From Candidatus Aminicenantes bacterium (GTDB lineage Bacteria; Acidobacteriota; Aminicenantia; Aminicenantales; Saccharicenantaceae), in NCBI GenBank assembly GCA_014360015.1, contig JACIYJ010000003.1, positions 210,733-274,732 on the forward strand: a stretch of DNA of 64,000 bases, in the 5' to 3' direction. The stretch's first letter is position 1. Each line of letters begins with the position of its first letter. Under the pieces are notes generated by a model. The model did no database searches. It saw nothing but the letters and a program-made list of their open reading frames with translations, and was not told the DNA's origin. Shown here piece by piece: positions 52,442 through 61,655 of the stretch. Position numbers and translations under genes: made by a program.

Positions 52442-52669
52442 ATGAAAAGATTTATTTCCACTATCCTTTTTATTCTTATTTTATTAGGAATGGCGATGAG
52501 CATTTTAAATTTTACAACCAGAGTCTATGCTTCTCCGAGTGCAAAATTTGGAACATCAACTCAGGTAACTAATCTATTTGAACAACTTATATATTACCTT
52601 CAAGGTAGGTGGATGTATGGAAATTACTATTGTATTGGTGAACCAAGTGATTGTTCCATAGTCAATTAA
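52442..52669 (+). CDS. Small secreted/anchored peptide (75 aa), aromatic-rich with a C-terminal C-x6-C
   Basis: MKR + a 19-residue hydrophobic core + a VYA/SP cleavage-like site. The predicted mature 45 aa is SPSAKFGTSTQVTNLFEQLIYYLQGRWMYGNYYCIGEPSDCSIVN. A G-rich SD lies 6 nt upstream. It is the first gene of the low-GC cassette. Confidence 0.45.
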   Translation: MKRFISTILFILILLGMAMSILNFTTRVYASPSAKFGTSTQVTNLFEQLIYYLQGRWMYGNYYCIGEPSDCSIVN

Positions 52670-52706
52670 AAATCTAACATCATCTCCTTCCCAAAAGGAG
52701 AAAAGA

Positions 52707-53815
52707 ATGAAAAAACATTATCTAAAAAATGTTTTAATAATTTCGTTTTTATTTTTTCAAGCTATCATCTCTTATCCTCAGGCAATTAGAATTAAACTGA
52801 TTAATAAAATACCCATAGATGAAAACGCTCTTCTGCTTTCGGGTTCCTTTGTTGTTCTGAAAGACGGAACTTTCTTGTTTGCTGATATCAAAGATGAAAA
52901 CAGTCAATTTAAATTAATCAATGAAAACGGCAAACTTAAAAAAGGCTGGGGAAAAATGGGCCCAGGGCCTGATGAGTTTGGTGGCATCGCCTGGCTCGAT
53001 TATAATGACAAATATTTAGCGGCTTTTGATGCCGGGAAGCAATGTGTTCACCTATTTGAAATAAATAAGAATGAATTTCGAAAAAAAGGCGATATTATGG
53101 CCTGGGAAGTTGATAGTTTTATCAAATTGTACGATAGAAGTGTGCTTATGGGAGGATATGTAGTTTCTCCAAACGAAAAAAAATACATAATATTCAAAAG
53201 GGATTTTTCTGGGAAGAATACTGAATACATTTTGCCTCTTGAATATAAATATGGAGGGAATTCCTTAAGCGAATATAAAAAAATAAGAGAAGAAGTGCAA
53301 GGGGTTTCGTATAAAGGATATGCTGATATTTATGAGGATCTGCTCTTTTATGTCAGTGATGTAAGACTTAAGGTAATCAAGACCGATCTTAAAACAAAAA
53401 AATAGAAGTTTTTGGCGACAAATCTCGAAATTTTCGGCCTTTGGCACTGGATAAAAAAATTCGCAACGAATTTTTACAAGCAAAGACTGGAAGAAAAATA
53501 ATGGACGATATCCTGAGTAGATACTCTTTTGTAAGCGGCATCTTTGCGGATAAGAATTTTTTCGGCGTGATCTATTTAAACCGCGAGAAGAGAATCCAGG
53601 GTGAAAATTATTTCGTTCCTTATTATCAAATTTATGATCATTCCGGAAAGTTACTCGGCGAAGGCCAGATCGAAGATTACTATACAATGGATAACTTTAC
53701 TCCCTTATTCTACCAAAAAAGGAAAGGCCTCCTTTTCTTGCTTTCAACAACAGACAACGAATCTGGCCTAAAATATACAATTTATAAATATGAAATCAGT
53801 TCAGGTAAAGGCTGA
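52707..53815 (+). pseudogene. 6-bladed beta-propeller family gene interrupted by a frameshift in an A7 run
   Basis: ORFs 52707-53405 and 53393/53441-53815 join into a ~369 aa protein collinear with the 374 aa paralog at 34599-35723 (GKMGPGPDEF vs GREGQGPGEW; FRPLALDKKIRNEFL vs YQPQAISEKDKQDIL). The frames switch at AAAAAAA 53396-53402. Confidence 0.7.
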
Positions 53816-54054
53816 TGAAAAAGCTTTTTTACGCTTTTTTGGTTGTAGTTATTATTTATTTAGCTAGCATAATTTATAGAGATCATGTTACCCCTATACT
53901 GATGAAATTTCCATTGAAAGAACTGGTCGAAAACGACCAGAACAAGATCCAGCTATATCTGGTGCTATTCTTTTCAAGAAAAAGCTGCCCACCATGTGTT
54001 CAACAGGTGGTAAATTATTTATTGATGAATTCCAGAGAAAAGCTGGCCATTTGA
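53815..54054 (+). CDS. Membrane-anchored thioredoxin-like CPPC protein, apparently truncated (79 aa)
   Basis: N-terminal TM helix, then LVLFFSRKSCPPCVQQV, which resembles the TlpA/ResA-type WCxxC region. Only 19 residues follow the CxxC. The start overlaps the propeller stop (TGATG). Confidence 0.45.
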   Translation: MKKLFYAFLVVVIIYLASIIYRDHVTPILMKFPLKELVENDQNKIQLYLVLFFSRKSCPPCVQQVVNYLLMNSREKLAI

Positions 54055-54122
54055 TTTTCTTACCTAAAGATAGATAGAATAAAAACGAAAGGCAAGTTAT
54101 TAATCAGGGGTAAAAATAATTT

Positions 54123-54893
54123 ATGTTAGAGCTAAAAGGGGTGACCAAAAAATATGGGTATTTCAAAGCAGTCGATGGGGTGAGCTTCACGGTCAAGCCA
54201 GGAGAGGCAGTAGGCTATCTGGGTCCCAACGGCGCCGGCAAATCCACCACTATCAAAATGCTGGCAGGGCTGCTTGAGCCCACTGAGGGCGAAATTATCT
54301 ACAATGGCCGCAATGTCTGGAAGAACCTGGTCTGGTTCAAAAAAAGGGTGGGTTACGTACCGGAAGAGCCGTCTATCTATTCTCATATGAGCGCTTATGA
54401 TTATCTGCTGATGGTGGGAAGGCTCCGGAGGATCGAAGAATCGGTCATCAAAAAGAAAATTATGGGCTTTATGGAGATTTTTGACCTTGCAGGAGACATG
54501 CATTCCGAGATAGCTTCTTTTTCCAAGGGCATGGTGCAGAAGGTTCTGATATCGGCTGCTCTTCTCCACGACCCGGAGGTTTTGCTTCTTGACGAACCGC
54601 TTTCCGGGCTTGATGTGACCACATCCCTGGTGATGAGAGAGCTGGTCCGCAAGCTATCGGAGGAGGGGAAAATTGTCATCTACTCTTCTCATATTCTGGA
54701 GATTGTGGAGAAGGTGGCAAGCCGGGTCATTATTCTCTACCAGGGAAAAGTGCAGGCTGATGATTCGGTGGAAAACCTGCGGGAGCTGATGAAGGTTCCT
54801 TCCCTGGAAGATATCTTCAACCAGCTGGTCAAACATGAAGACCCCGGAGCTTTGGCTTCTGAACTTATCTCTTTAATGAAGGAAAAACCATAG
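54123..54893 (+). CDS. ABC transporter ATP-binding protein (ABC-2/DrrA-like exporter type)
   Basis: Walker A GPNGAGKST, signature FSKGMVQK, Walker B LLLDEP and an H-loop SSHIL. Confidence 0.92.
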   Translation: MLELKGVTKKYGYFKAVDGVSFTVKPGEAVGYLGPNGAGKSTTIKMLAGLLEPTEGEIIYNGRNVWKNLVWFKKRVGYVPEEPSIYSHMSAYDYLLMVGRLRRIEESVIKKKIMGFMEIFDLAGDMHSEIASFSKGMVQKVLISAALLHDPEVLLLDEPLSGLDVTTSLVMRELVRKLSEEGKIVIYSSHILEIVEKVASRVIILYQGKVQADDSVENLRELMKVPSLEDIFNQLVKHEDPGALASELISLMKEKP

Positions 54894-54960
54894 CCTCAGA
54901 CACGGAGAAATAAAGGGGAGAGGCGGGCCTGAGCCTGCGGGAAAAAGGAGAGACCTGGCC

Positions 54961-56682
54961 ATGAACCTGCGGCAAAAAATACAGCCGGCCACCTGGCCCT
55001 CAGTGGTCCTTACCCGTCATTTTTTCCGCCGCCTTTTTCTCAATGAAACAGTCTTTTTCGAAGAGCAGATGATCCAGAAAACCATAGGCGTCATTGCCAT
55101 CATGTCAATCTTTCCGGCCTACATCGCTGATTCTCTGCTGTTCATCTATCTCCTCAAGCCGGAAAAAGGCACAGCCTGGGCAGAAACAGCTCTTTTCATC
55201 ACCTTTATCATGCTTCTTATCGGTCTGATCACACTTTTCGAGTGGGAGGTGATGTTCCTTGACCGCCGGGATTACCTTAACCTGATGCCCTTACCCCTTA
55301 GACCCCTGACCGTTTTTTCCGCCAAATTTCTGAGCTTAGTGATTTTTGTTGGACTTTTTGCCATTGGCATCAACTCTCTTTCTTCCGTGGTCTTTGCCAT
55401 GTATCTTTCCGAATCAAGGTCTTATGGTCTTTTTTCTGCCGTTCTGCTTTTGCTAACCCATCTGCTGGTGATGCTGGCCGCCAGCTGTTTCATATTTTTT
55501 TCCATGGCCCTTGTGGTTGGCCTTTTTAACATTCTGCTCCGGGGTAAGCTTTTTCAGCACCTGCTGGAGATAATCCGTTTTGGGCTCATCGTGGCCCACA
55601 TCTTCATTCTTTATTTCTTTGTCCTGGATACGCGATGGATTCAGGAAAGATTTCAGAATATTCAGGCCCTGAAAGACTCCCCCACTCCATTCATGATGAA
55701 TTTCCCGCCGCTCTGGTTTACTGGACTCTACCAGGTGCTTTCCGGAAACCGCGAGCCCTTCTTCCGGACCCTGGCGTCAAAAGCTCTGATTTCCCTAACT
55801 TTAGTTATCGGGGCTTTCTTTCTTATCACTTTGATTTCCTATAGCCGCTACCTGAAGAAAATTTCACCTGAGGGTGCCAGACATTACCGTCCTTCGCTCT
55901 TCAGAAAAATCATCGAGCCGGTCTTAAACTTTACCATTCTGAAAGACTCCGTCCAGAGGGCCTCATTCTGGTTCTATCACAGCGTTCTGACCCGCAGCCG
56001 GATGCATCGCAACAAGATTTTCACTTACCTCGGGCTGGGGCTTGGTTTGACCTTGATCATCTTCGTGTCTACTGGAAAATTCTTCTGGAAATATCAATCC
56101 GGGAATATGCTGTCGCTCCCCCTGGCCCTGACCTTCTTTCTTCTGGTTGGGATCCGGGAGGCCAACAGTTTGCCAGTGAATCAACCGGCCAGCTGGATTT
56201 TTATGTTAAGTGAAGGGAACGAGAAGTGGCCGTATTACTCGGCCTTGAGGAAATGCATTTTTATCTTTTTTATCCTTCCGCTGTATCTATCGCTATTCAT
56301 TTTTTATTTCTTCCTTTGGGACTGGAAAATAGCCGGAATTCATTGCCTGTACGGCCTGGTCTTTGCCATCCTGCTCGTGGAGATACTTCTCTTCCAGCTG
56401 CGCAAATTTCCGTTTGCCTGCTCCTACGTTCCAGGAAAAAGTAGAGTGCATGTTTTCTGGCTGTTATATTTGTTCCTGTTTCTGGCTTATGTTTATGTCC
56501 CCCGCTGGATTGAACCCGCCTTTCTGAGCTATCCTTCTCGCCTTTTAGGTCTTTATCTGGCTTTGGCTCTGGTATTAGCTGGTCTGCGATTTTACCATAG
56601 GCATTATTTCTATCCAAAACAAAAAATAATGTTTGAGGACTTGCCGGAAGTCTCGGTGATTGAACTTTTTCACGCTACTTAA
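54961..56682 (+). CDS. Large polytopic membrane protein, putative permease partner of the ABC ATPase
   Basis: 573 aa with at least 12 hydrophobic segments and an AAGGAGAG SD. It lies 67 nt downstream of the ATPase. Its size and position resemble the 'putative ABC exporter' type partners; I see no diagnostic motif. Confidence 0.6.
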   Translation: MNLRQKIQPATWPSVVLTRHFFRRLFLNETVFFEEQMIQKTIGVIAIMSIFPAYIADSLLFIYLLKPEKGTAWAETALFITFIMLLIGLITLFEWEVMFLDRRDYLNLMPLPLRPLTVFSAKFLSLVIFVGLFAIGINSLSSVVFAMYLSESRSYGLFSAVLLLLTHLLVMLAASCFIFFSMALVVGLFNILLRGKLFQHLLEIIRFGLIVAHIFILYFFVLDTRWIQERFQNIQALKDSPTPFMMNFPPLWFTGLYQVLSGNREPFFRTLASKALISLTLVIGAFFLITLISYSRYLKKISPEGARHYRPSLFRKIIEPVLNFTILKDSVQRASFWFYHSVLTRSRMHRNKIFTYLGLGLGLTLIIFVSTGKFFWKYQSGNMLSLPLALTFFLLVGIREANSLPVNQPASWIFMLSEGNEKWPYYSALRKCIFIFFILPLYLSLFIFYFFLWDWKIAGIHCLYGLVFAILLVEILLFQLRKFPFACSYVPGKSRVHVFWLLYLFLFLAYVYVPRWIEPAFLSYPSRLLGLYLALALVLAGLRFYHRHYFYPKQKIMFEDLPEVSVIELFHAT

Positions 56683-56901
56683 TTTCTTTAAATAATTAAC
56701 AACAAAACATAACCGGGTCTAAATGCTTCAACAATTGGATAACAGATTTTAGGAAGACCAAGGGGCTGACAATCATTGAATCAATATCATCAACTATTTC
56801 AAAATGGCTTTAAAATAGGTCCAGCTTCAAGCTAAATAGGGCTGAGGAAATAATGGTGGAAGCTACTCATCAGGAAAAAGCCTAAATTAGCAGCTTACTC
56901 C

Positions 56902-57783
56902 CTACGGTTTGAAAACATCGTATTTTTTTATCAGGCAGCATGGATGGTAGGAAAGCTTTGACCGCCTCAAACCTGGAATGCCGGCATCCTGTTCGCGGTT
57001 TATGTATTTGTATTCTTTCCAGATAGTTCTCGCGCACTCGCGGTTCAAGAACTGATGAAGACCGGCTATTTCGCGGCTGGCCAGTTCCACATGAACGACA
57101 ACCGTTTCCGGGTTCAGCCTTTCCCCGAGACAAAAGCCCTCGACCCGACCATCTATAATAGCCACCATCCCGCCAAGCCCCAGAGTCTCGAAATTCACGA
57201 GAGCTTCTTTTATAGCCTGCGAGGCAGCCCGGCCGCGCTCATCCATCGTCCTGTTTTCCTCAGGACTGTTTGCTTCCCAGCGTTCGACCAGCTCTAAACA
57301 GCCGCCCACCTCGGACCTGGTCAACGGTCTGACTTCACCCCGGTAGTTTCTCTCGAATTTCTTGATCTGGTTCCTTTTGCCGTCGTATTTTTTGCCCTTG
57401 AGCTCGGCCAGGTCTTTGGTCAGATAAACATAATCAAAATTGTCCCGGTCTTCTTGAATTGAATAAGTGCCTCTAAGTTTTTTCAAAAATCTTTCCGAAA
57501 CCCGCGAAAGCCGCGGCCCTAAGCTCAAACAAATCTGCACCGTCTCATCCAAGTTATTTTCGCCTACCGGCTCCAGAAAATAAGCCGGTTCATCGGGCGG
57601 CGAGCAGAGAACACACAGATTTCCGTTAATCTTTGTCAGCTGCGGCTTCTCCCAGTGCCGCCAGATGTAGATGTTGGCGAAAGTCAGCTCGCAAATTTCA
57701 GGTGGAAAAAGCTCAAGAAATTTATTAACTTCTTCTTTATCCGCCAGGTCAATCGGCTTTAACTCAGGAAATTTAGGAATCAT
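56902..57783 (-). CDS. DUF2156 (lysyl-phosphatidylglycerol synthase C-terminal-like) domain protein
   Basis: 293 aa. ELTFANIYIWRHW, DNFDYVY..DLAELKGKKYDGKRNQIKKF and REQDAGIPGLRRSKLSYHP are characteristic of the stand-alone DUF2156/LPG_synthase_C family. Confidence 0.72.
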   Translation of the reverse strand: MIPKFPELKPIDLADKEEVNKFLELFPPEICELTFANIYIWRHWEKPQLTKINGNLCVLCSPPDEPAYFLEPVGENNLDETVQICLSLGPRLSRVSERFLKKLRGTYSIQEDRDNFDYVYLTKDLAELKGKKYDGKRNQIKKFERNYRGEVRPLTRSEVGGCLELVERWEANSPEENRTMDERGRAASQAIKEALVNFETLGLGGMVAIIDGRVEGFCLGERLNPETVVVHVELASREIAGLHQFLNRECARTIWKEYKYINREQDAGIPGLRRSKLSYHPCCLIKKYDVFKP

Positions 57784-57860
57784 GAATCACCATTGAATTA
57801 AAAAGCAATAAGCGCCAAAAATAAAATATTAAATGCCAAAAAATCCAATAATCAACCCCA

Positions 57861-58268
57861 TCAAGCTATCCGAAACATAGCCGTGCATTTTTCCTTATCG
57901 CAGCCGGTACACCAGGCCGGCTCTTTTTTCAGGGCATCCGGGACCTTCTCTGTTTTCTTGAAGCCTAAGGATTCATAAAAACGTGGAATGGCAGTCAGCA
58001 AATAAACTGGCCGTCCTTTAACGCTCTTCAAAGCTTCCTCAACCAGCTTTCGCCCCACGCCTATTTCCCGGTATTCTTCCAACACCCCCACCGAGAGCAT
58101 TTCCAGGAATTCACCAAAATCCTTAAGCCCTAATATTCCAACTACTTTCCCCCTTTCTTCAGCCACAAAAAAGGTATCATTCTCCATCCCAGGATAGTCC
58201 AGTGCCAGGCGCCAGGCAACCCTTATTACATAGGGCATATCCTCTTTAGAAGCTTTTCGGACAATCAT
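57861..58268 (-). CDS. GNAT-family N-acetyltransferase
   Basis: 135 aa. The R/Q-x-x-G-x-G/A acetyl-CoA motif appears as YREIGVGRKLVE. There is a Cys-rich C-terminal tail (CTGCDKEKC). Confidence 0.85.
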   Translation of the reverse strand: MIVRKASKEDMPYVIRVAWRLALDYPGMENDTFFVAEERGKVVGILGLKDFGEFLEMLSVGVLEEYREIGVGRKLVEEALKSVKGRPVYLLTAIPRFYESLGFKKTEKVPDALKKEPAWCTGCDKEKCTAMFRIA

Positions 58269-58733
58269 TTTTATTAATTATAGCAAATTAAGCCTGGATG
58301 AAGAATTTTTATTCTGGATTAAGAATTGAAATACCGGGCTCACCCGAATTTTAGCTTAACGGAATATATCCTGACAATTTTTATCAGGTATTCTTCATAA
58401 ACGGGATATTCCCCTTGCCTATTTATCAGCCAGAAACCAGATTCAAAAAAATTAATGTTACCCACTCGTCGTTAAATTTTTCAGGAAACTCAAGAACGTA
58501 TAGATAAAATCCATAAAAAACCCGCATAAGCAGGAAATTCTCCAGGCCCCTGTCCTACCCTGACAAAACTTTGAGCAGGGGAACCATCTCTTGAGAATAT
58601 ATTTACGATTCCATAGAAATAAGAAAATTGAAAGCCTGGCTAATTCAGGTATGGAGCCAGAATATCCTCAAAGAAAGAATTCTATTTTAGAAAAAAGATA
58701 TAAAAAATTATAATAGAGACCGAGAGGCAGACA

Positions 58734-59243
58734 ATGAATTTACTTTTGAAATCACTCCTATACCTTGCTTTCTTTTCTGTGCTTCATTTTGGCTATGAGC
58801 TGACTCACCTTTCTTTTCTAAAGCCTTTTTGCGGAACTGACGAATCCATCTTCCAGCATCTGAAAATGGCTTTCTGGGCTTACCTTCTGGCCAGCCTGGT
58901 TGAATATCCTGTTTTCAAGCGCAAAAAGAAAAACTACGAGAGCTTTTGGATTCCGAGATTTTTCTCAGCCACCGTTGTGCCCTGGACAATTTTCCTCGTC
59001 TGGTATTTAGTGCCAGCCACGGTCGGCAAATTCAGGCTGTCTTATATGGAATTAATCTGGGCCCTTGTAGTGTCCTACTTTTCTGGCCTGGCCGGTGGTG
59101 TGGTGGAGAGAAACCTGGAAGAACACCGGCTGTCTTTTTGTTTCAAGGTGCTGGTGGTTTTCCTGGCCGCTGTCTCAGCCTTTCTCTACATAACTTTTAC
59201 TTATAGCCTGCCTTGGGTAGATATGTTCAGAGCACCAGAATGA
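58734..59243 (+). CDS. Integral membrane protein (DUF6512-like)
   Basis: 169 aa with 5 predicted TM segments. The DESIFQHLKMAFW motif resembles the (N)ES.WEHLK signature of that family. Confidence 0.5.
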   Translation: MNLLLKSLLYLAFFSVLHFGYELTHLSFLKPFCGTDESIFQHLKMAFWAYLLASLVEYPVFKRKKKNYESFWIPRFFSATVVPWTIFLVWYLVPATVGKFRLSYMELIWALVVSYFSGLAGGVVERNLEEHRLSFCFKVLVVFLAAVSAFLYITFTYSLPWVDMFRAPE

Positions 59244-59464
59244 GCATCAGGTAAGGTTAAGCGCCAATATCTTGACTTTAGTCACAGCGCGGCCGGAAGA
59301 TGAGTCAGACCGAAGGTCAGGGCAAAATAAATAATAGCCCACAGCCCGAGATTAATTATTATTAGATTTTCTGCGGCGCTGGCTATAGCTGATCCTGCTA
59401 TTCTTTTATTAATTTAACAGACAAGTTTTAAGATATTAGATCCTCCTCCATTTATTTTCATTTT

Positions 59465-61099
59465 CTATTTCTTATCCTTTGGCACAGGCTTGAGCAGCAG
59501 GTCCTGATAATCGTAGCTGAAGTCAACGTCTGAGGAGAAAGGCAGCATCTTCACTTCGGAGATGGCTCCTTCATGGTTCAGATGAAAAGTGACAAAAGCA
59601 TCAGCCCTCAGTTCCCGGTCAAACCAGCGGGCCACAAAGGTGTCATAATGCCAGTGTTCCAGCTTTCCATAAAGCTCCGGGCTGTGCTTGAACTGTATGG
59701 TCAGTTCTCCATTTTCATTCTTTATTTCCACATCACCGTACCAGTCGTCGCGATAAAGCCCGGCATAATCCTGAAGAGAAAGAGAAGGCTTGGTATCCTT
59801 CTTTCTGGAAGCATAAATTTTATCAATCTCTTCTTTAGAGCGCTGAGCATTTCTCTCGGTGAATTTTTTATAAGCTTCTACCCAGTCAAACTTTGGAGCT
59901 TTCAAATAGTAATCAACTATCTGATTGGTCAGAGCAGCAAAAGCAGCGGTAGATTCCTGATTGGTCAGCACCGTCACCCCCAGGCCGATTTCCGGCATCA
60001 GCCAGACCTGAGAGACGTAGCCTTCCAGACCGCCAGTGTGAGTCCAGACTTTGTAGTGGCGGTAATCTCTGATTCTGAGGCCCAGGCCATAGCCATTGAA
60101 ATTCATAGCTGCTGGAGCCAGCTCCGGAGCTGGTTTGGAAATGGGAATTGGCGTAGCTATGGTCGTAATTTCATCGATTACCCTTTCAGAAACTAACTGG
60201 CTTCCATCAGGCAGCTTTCCTTTATTTAGCAGCACCAGCATCCACTTGGCCATATCCTCAGCGCAAGAATTAATGCCACCAGCCGGGTTGACGTTTTCAG
60301 TGAGATAAAGTGTTTTAACTGGGACGACCTTTCCCCCAAGCGGAACGTGAGGCCAGGCTACATTTTCTTCCTTATTCACCAGAGCACAGCTGGTGTTACT
60401 GTAATTCATGCCAACTCTCTTTTGAATTTTTTCCCGAACAAAATCCTCCCATCTCATCCCGCTGACTTTTTCCAGAAGCTCACCAGCCACCACGAACATG
60501 ATGTTGTTGTAGGCATAGGTTGTCCGGAAAGAGCTGGCCGGTTTAATATAGCGAACGCGCTTGAGTATTTCTTTCCGGTTAAGGTCTGAGGCCGGCCAGA
60601 GCATCAGATCTCCAGCACCCAGTCCCAAGCCACAGCGATGGCAGAGCAGGTCTCTGACTGTAATCTCGCGGGTAACATAAGAGTCATACATCTGAAATTC
60701 GGGCAGATAGTTAACCACCGGCGCATCCCAGCGAATCTTGCCTTCATCCACCAGCATGCCCAGGGCCACAGCTGTGAACACCTTGCTGTTGGAAGCGATG
60801 CCGAAAAGGGTTTGGGCGTCAACCAGAGCCGGCTCTCCGAGCTTTTTAACGCCATATCCCTTAGCTAACAGCACCTGGCCATCCTTGACAATGGCCAGAC
60901 TCAACCCCGGCACCTCAAAAGTCTTCATTATCCTGACCACAAGAGAATCAAGATCAGGCGGCAGATTTGCTTTCGCCGATTTTTTAGTCTGAGCCAGAAC
61001 TTCAACCTGATTCAAAGCTAAAAATATGAAGAAAAAGAAAAAAATAAAAGCTGTTTTTCTAAGACACTTAGCTTTACTGATTATATGGGTCATCGACAT
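59465..61099 (-). CDS. Serine hydrolase of the beta-lactamase/PBP (class C-like) family with a C-terminal lipocalin-like extension
   Basis: Signal peptide, an SxxK motif (ASNSKVF), a YxN motif (YAYNN) and an HTGG-like box (WTHTGGLEG). The C-terminal ~100 aa look like DUF3471. Confidence 0.85.
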   Translation of the reverse strand: MSMTHIISKAKCLRKTAFIFFFFFIFLALNQVEVLAQTKKSAKANLPPDLDSLVVRIMKTFEVPGLSLAIVKDGQVLLAKGYGVKKLGEPALVDAQTLFGIASNSKVFTAVALGMLVDEGKIRWDAPVVNYLPEFQMYDSYVTREITVRDLLCHRCGLGLGAGDLMLWPASDLNRKEILKRVRYIKPASSFRTTYAYNNIMFVVAGELLEKVSGMRWEDFVREKIQKRVGMNYSNTSCALVNKEENVAWPHVPLGGKVVPVKTLYLTENVNPAGGINSCAEDMAKWMLVLLNKGKLPDGSQLVSERVIDEITTIATPIPISKPAPELAPAAMNFNGYGLGLRIRDYRHYKVWTHTGGLEGYVSQVWLMPEIGLGVTVLTNQESTAAFAALTNQIVDYYLKAPKFDWVEAYKKFTERNAQRSKEEIDKIYASRKKDTKPSLSLQDYAGLYRDDWYGDVEIKNENGELTIQFKHSPELYGKLEHWHYDTFVARWFDRELRADAFVTFHLNHEGAISEVKMLPFSSDVDFSYDYQDLLLKPVPKDKK

Positions 61100-61163
61100 T
61101 CAAAACCTCCTCGCCAGAAAGATTCTAACAAAAAATAAAAATTAGATGGAATGGAAAAATTTT

Positions 61164-61466
61164 CTACTTCCGCCTGGCCTTGCGAGAACCAAGGATTCCG
61201 CCCTGAAGAAAAAGCCCGGCTCCCAGAACAAAACCAAAGTTATACCAGTTACCGTTGTTGTGAACCTCGTAAATTCTGACATTTTTGGTGAAAAGCGAAA
61301 TGATGAAGGTAATTGGCGATATCAATCCGTGCCAGAATCCTCTCCAGAATCCAGCTACCTTCCCTTTCTCATTGGGGGTTTTCTCCAGCTGGTTAGGGCC
61401 AGGAGCACAACTTGCTAACATTAAAACTAAAAACAATGTTGCACAAACGAAAGCTGTTAATTTCAT
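61164..61466 (-). CDS. Small lipoprotein/membrane protein (100 aa)
   Basis: MKLTAFVCATLFLVLMLASC lipobox with a GGAGAAAGG SD upstream. The longer ORF in the track lacks an SD. Confidence 0.45.
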   Translation of the reverse strand: MKLTAFVCATLFLVLMLASCAPGPNQLEKTPNEKGKVAGFWRGFWHGLISPITFIISLFTKNVRIYEVHNNGNWYNFGFVLGAGLFLQGGILGSRKARRK

Positions 61467-61655
61467 AACCTTTCCTTTCTCCAATTTTTTTATCCCCGAA
61501 TTAATCTGGAAAGTCAAGTGCATATTTTTATATGAAGCTTCGCTGATAATTAATTCTTCGAAAAAAAATAAAAACGGCATGATCTTGTTGCCTTTTTTTA
61601 TCATAAAAATTTAGAATTTAGAATATTGAATCAAACAAGAATGGAGGACAAAAAG

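Noticed and set aside
53265-53687. 140 aa minus-strand ORF spanning the propeller frameshift region
   Set aside because: It is antisense to two ORFs that together align with a paralog. The AT-rich DNA gives a K/N/F/I-rich nonsense translation.
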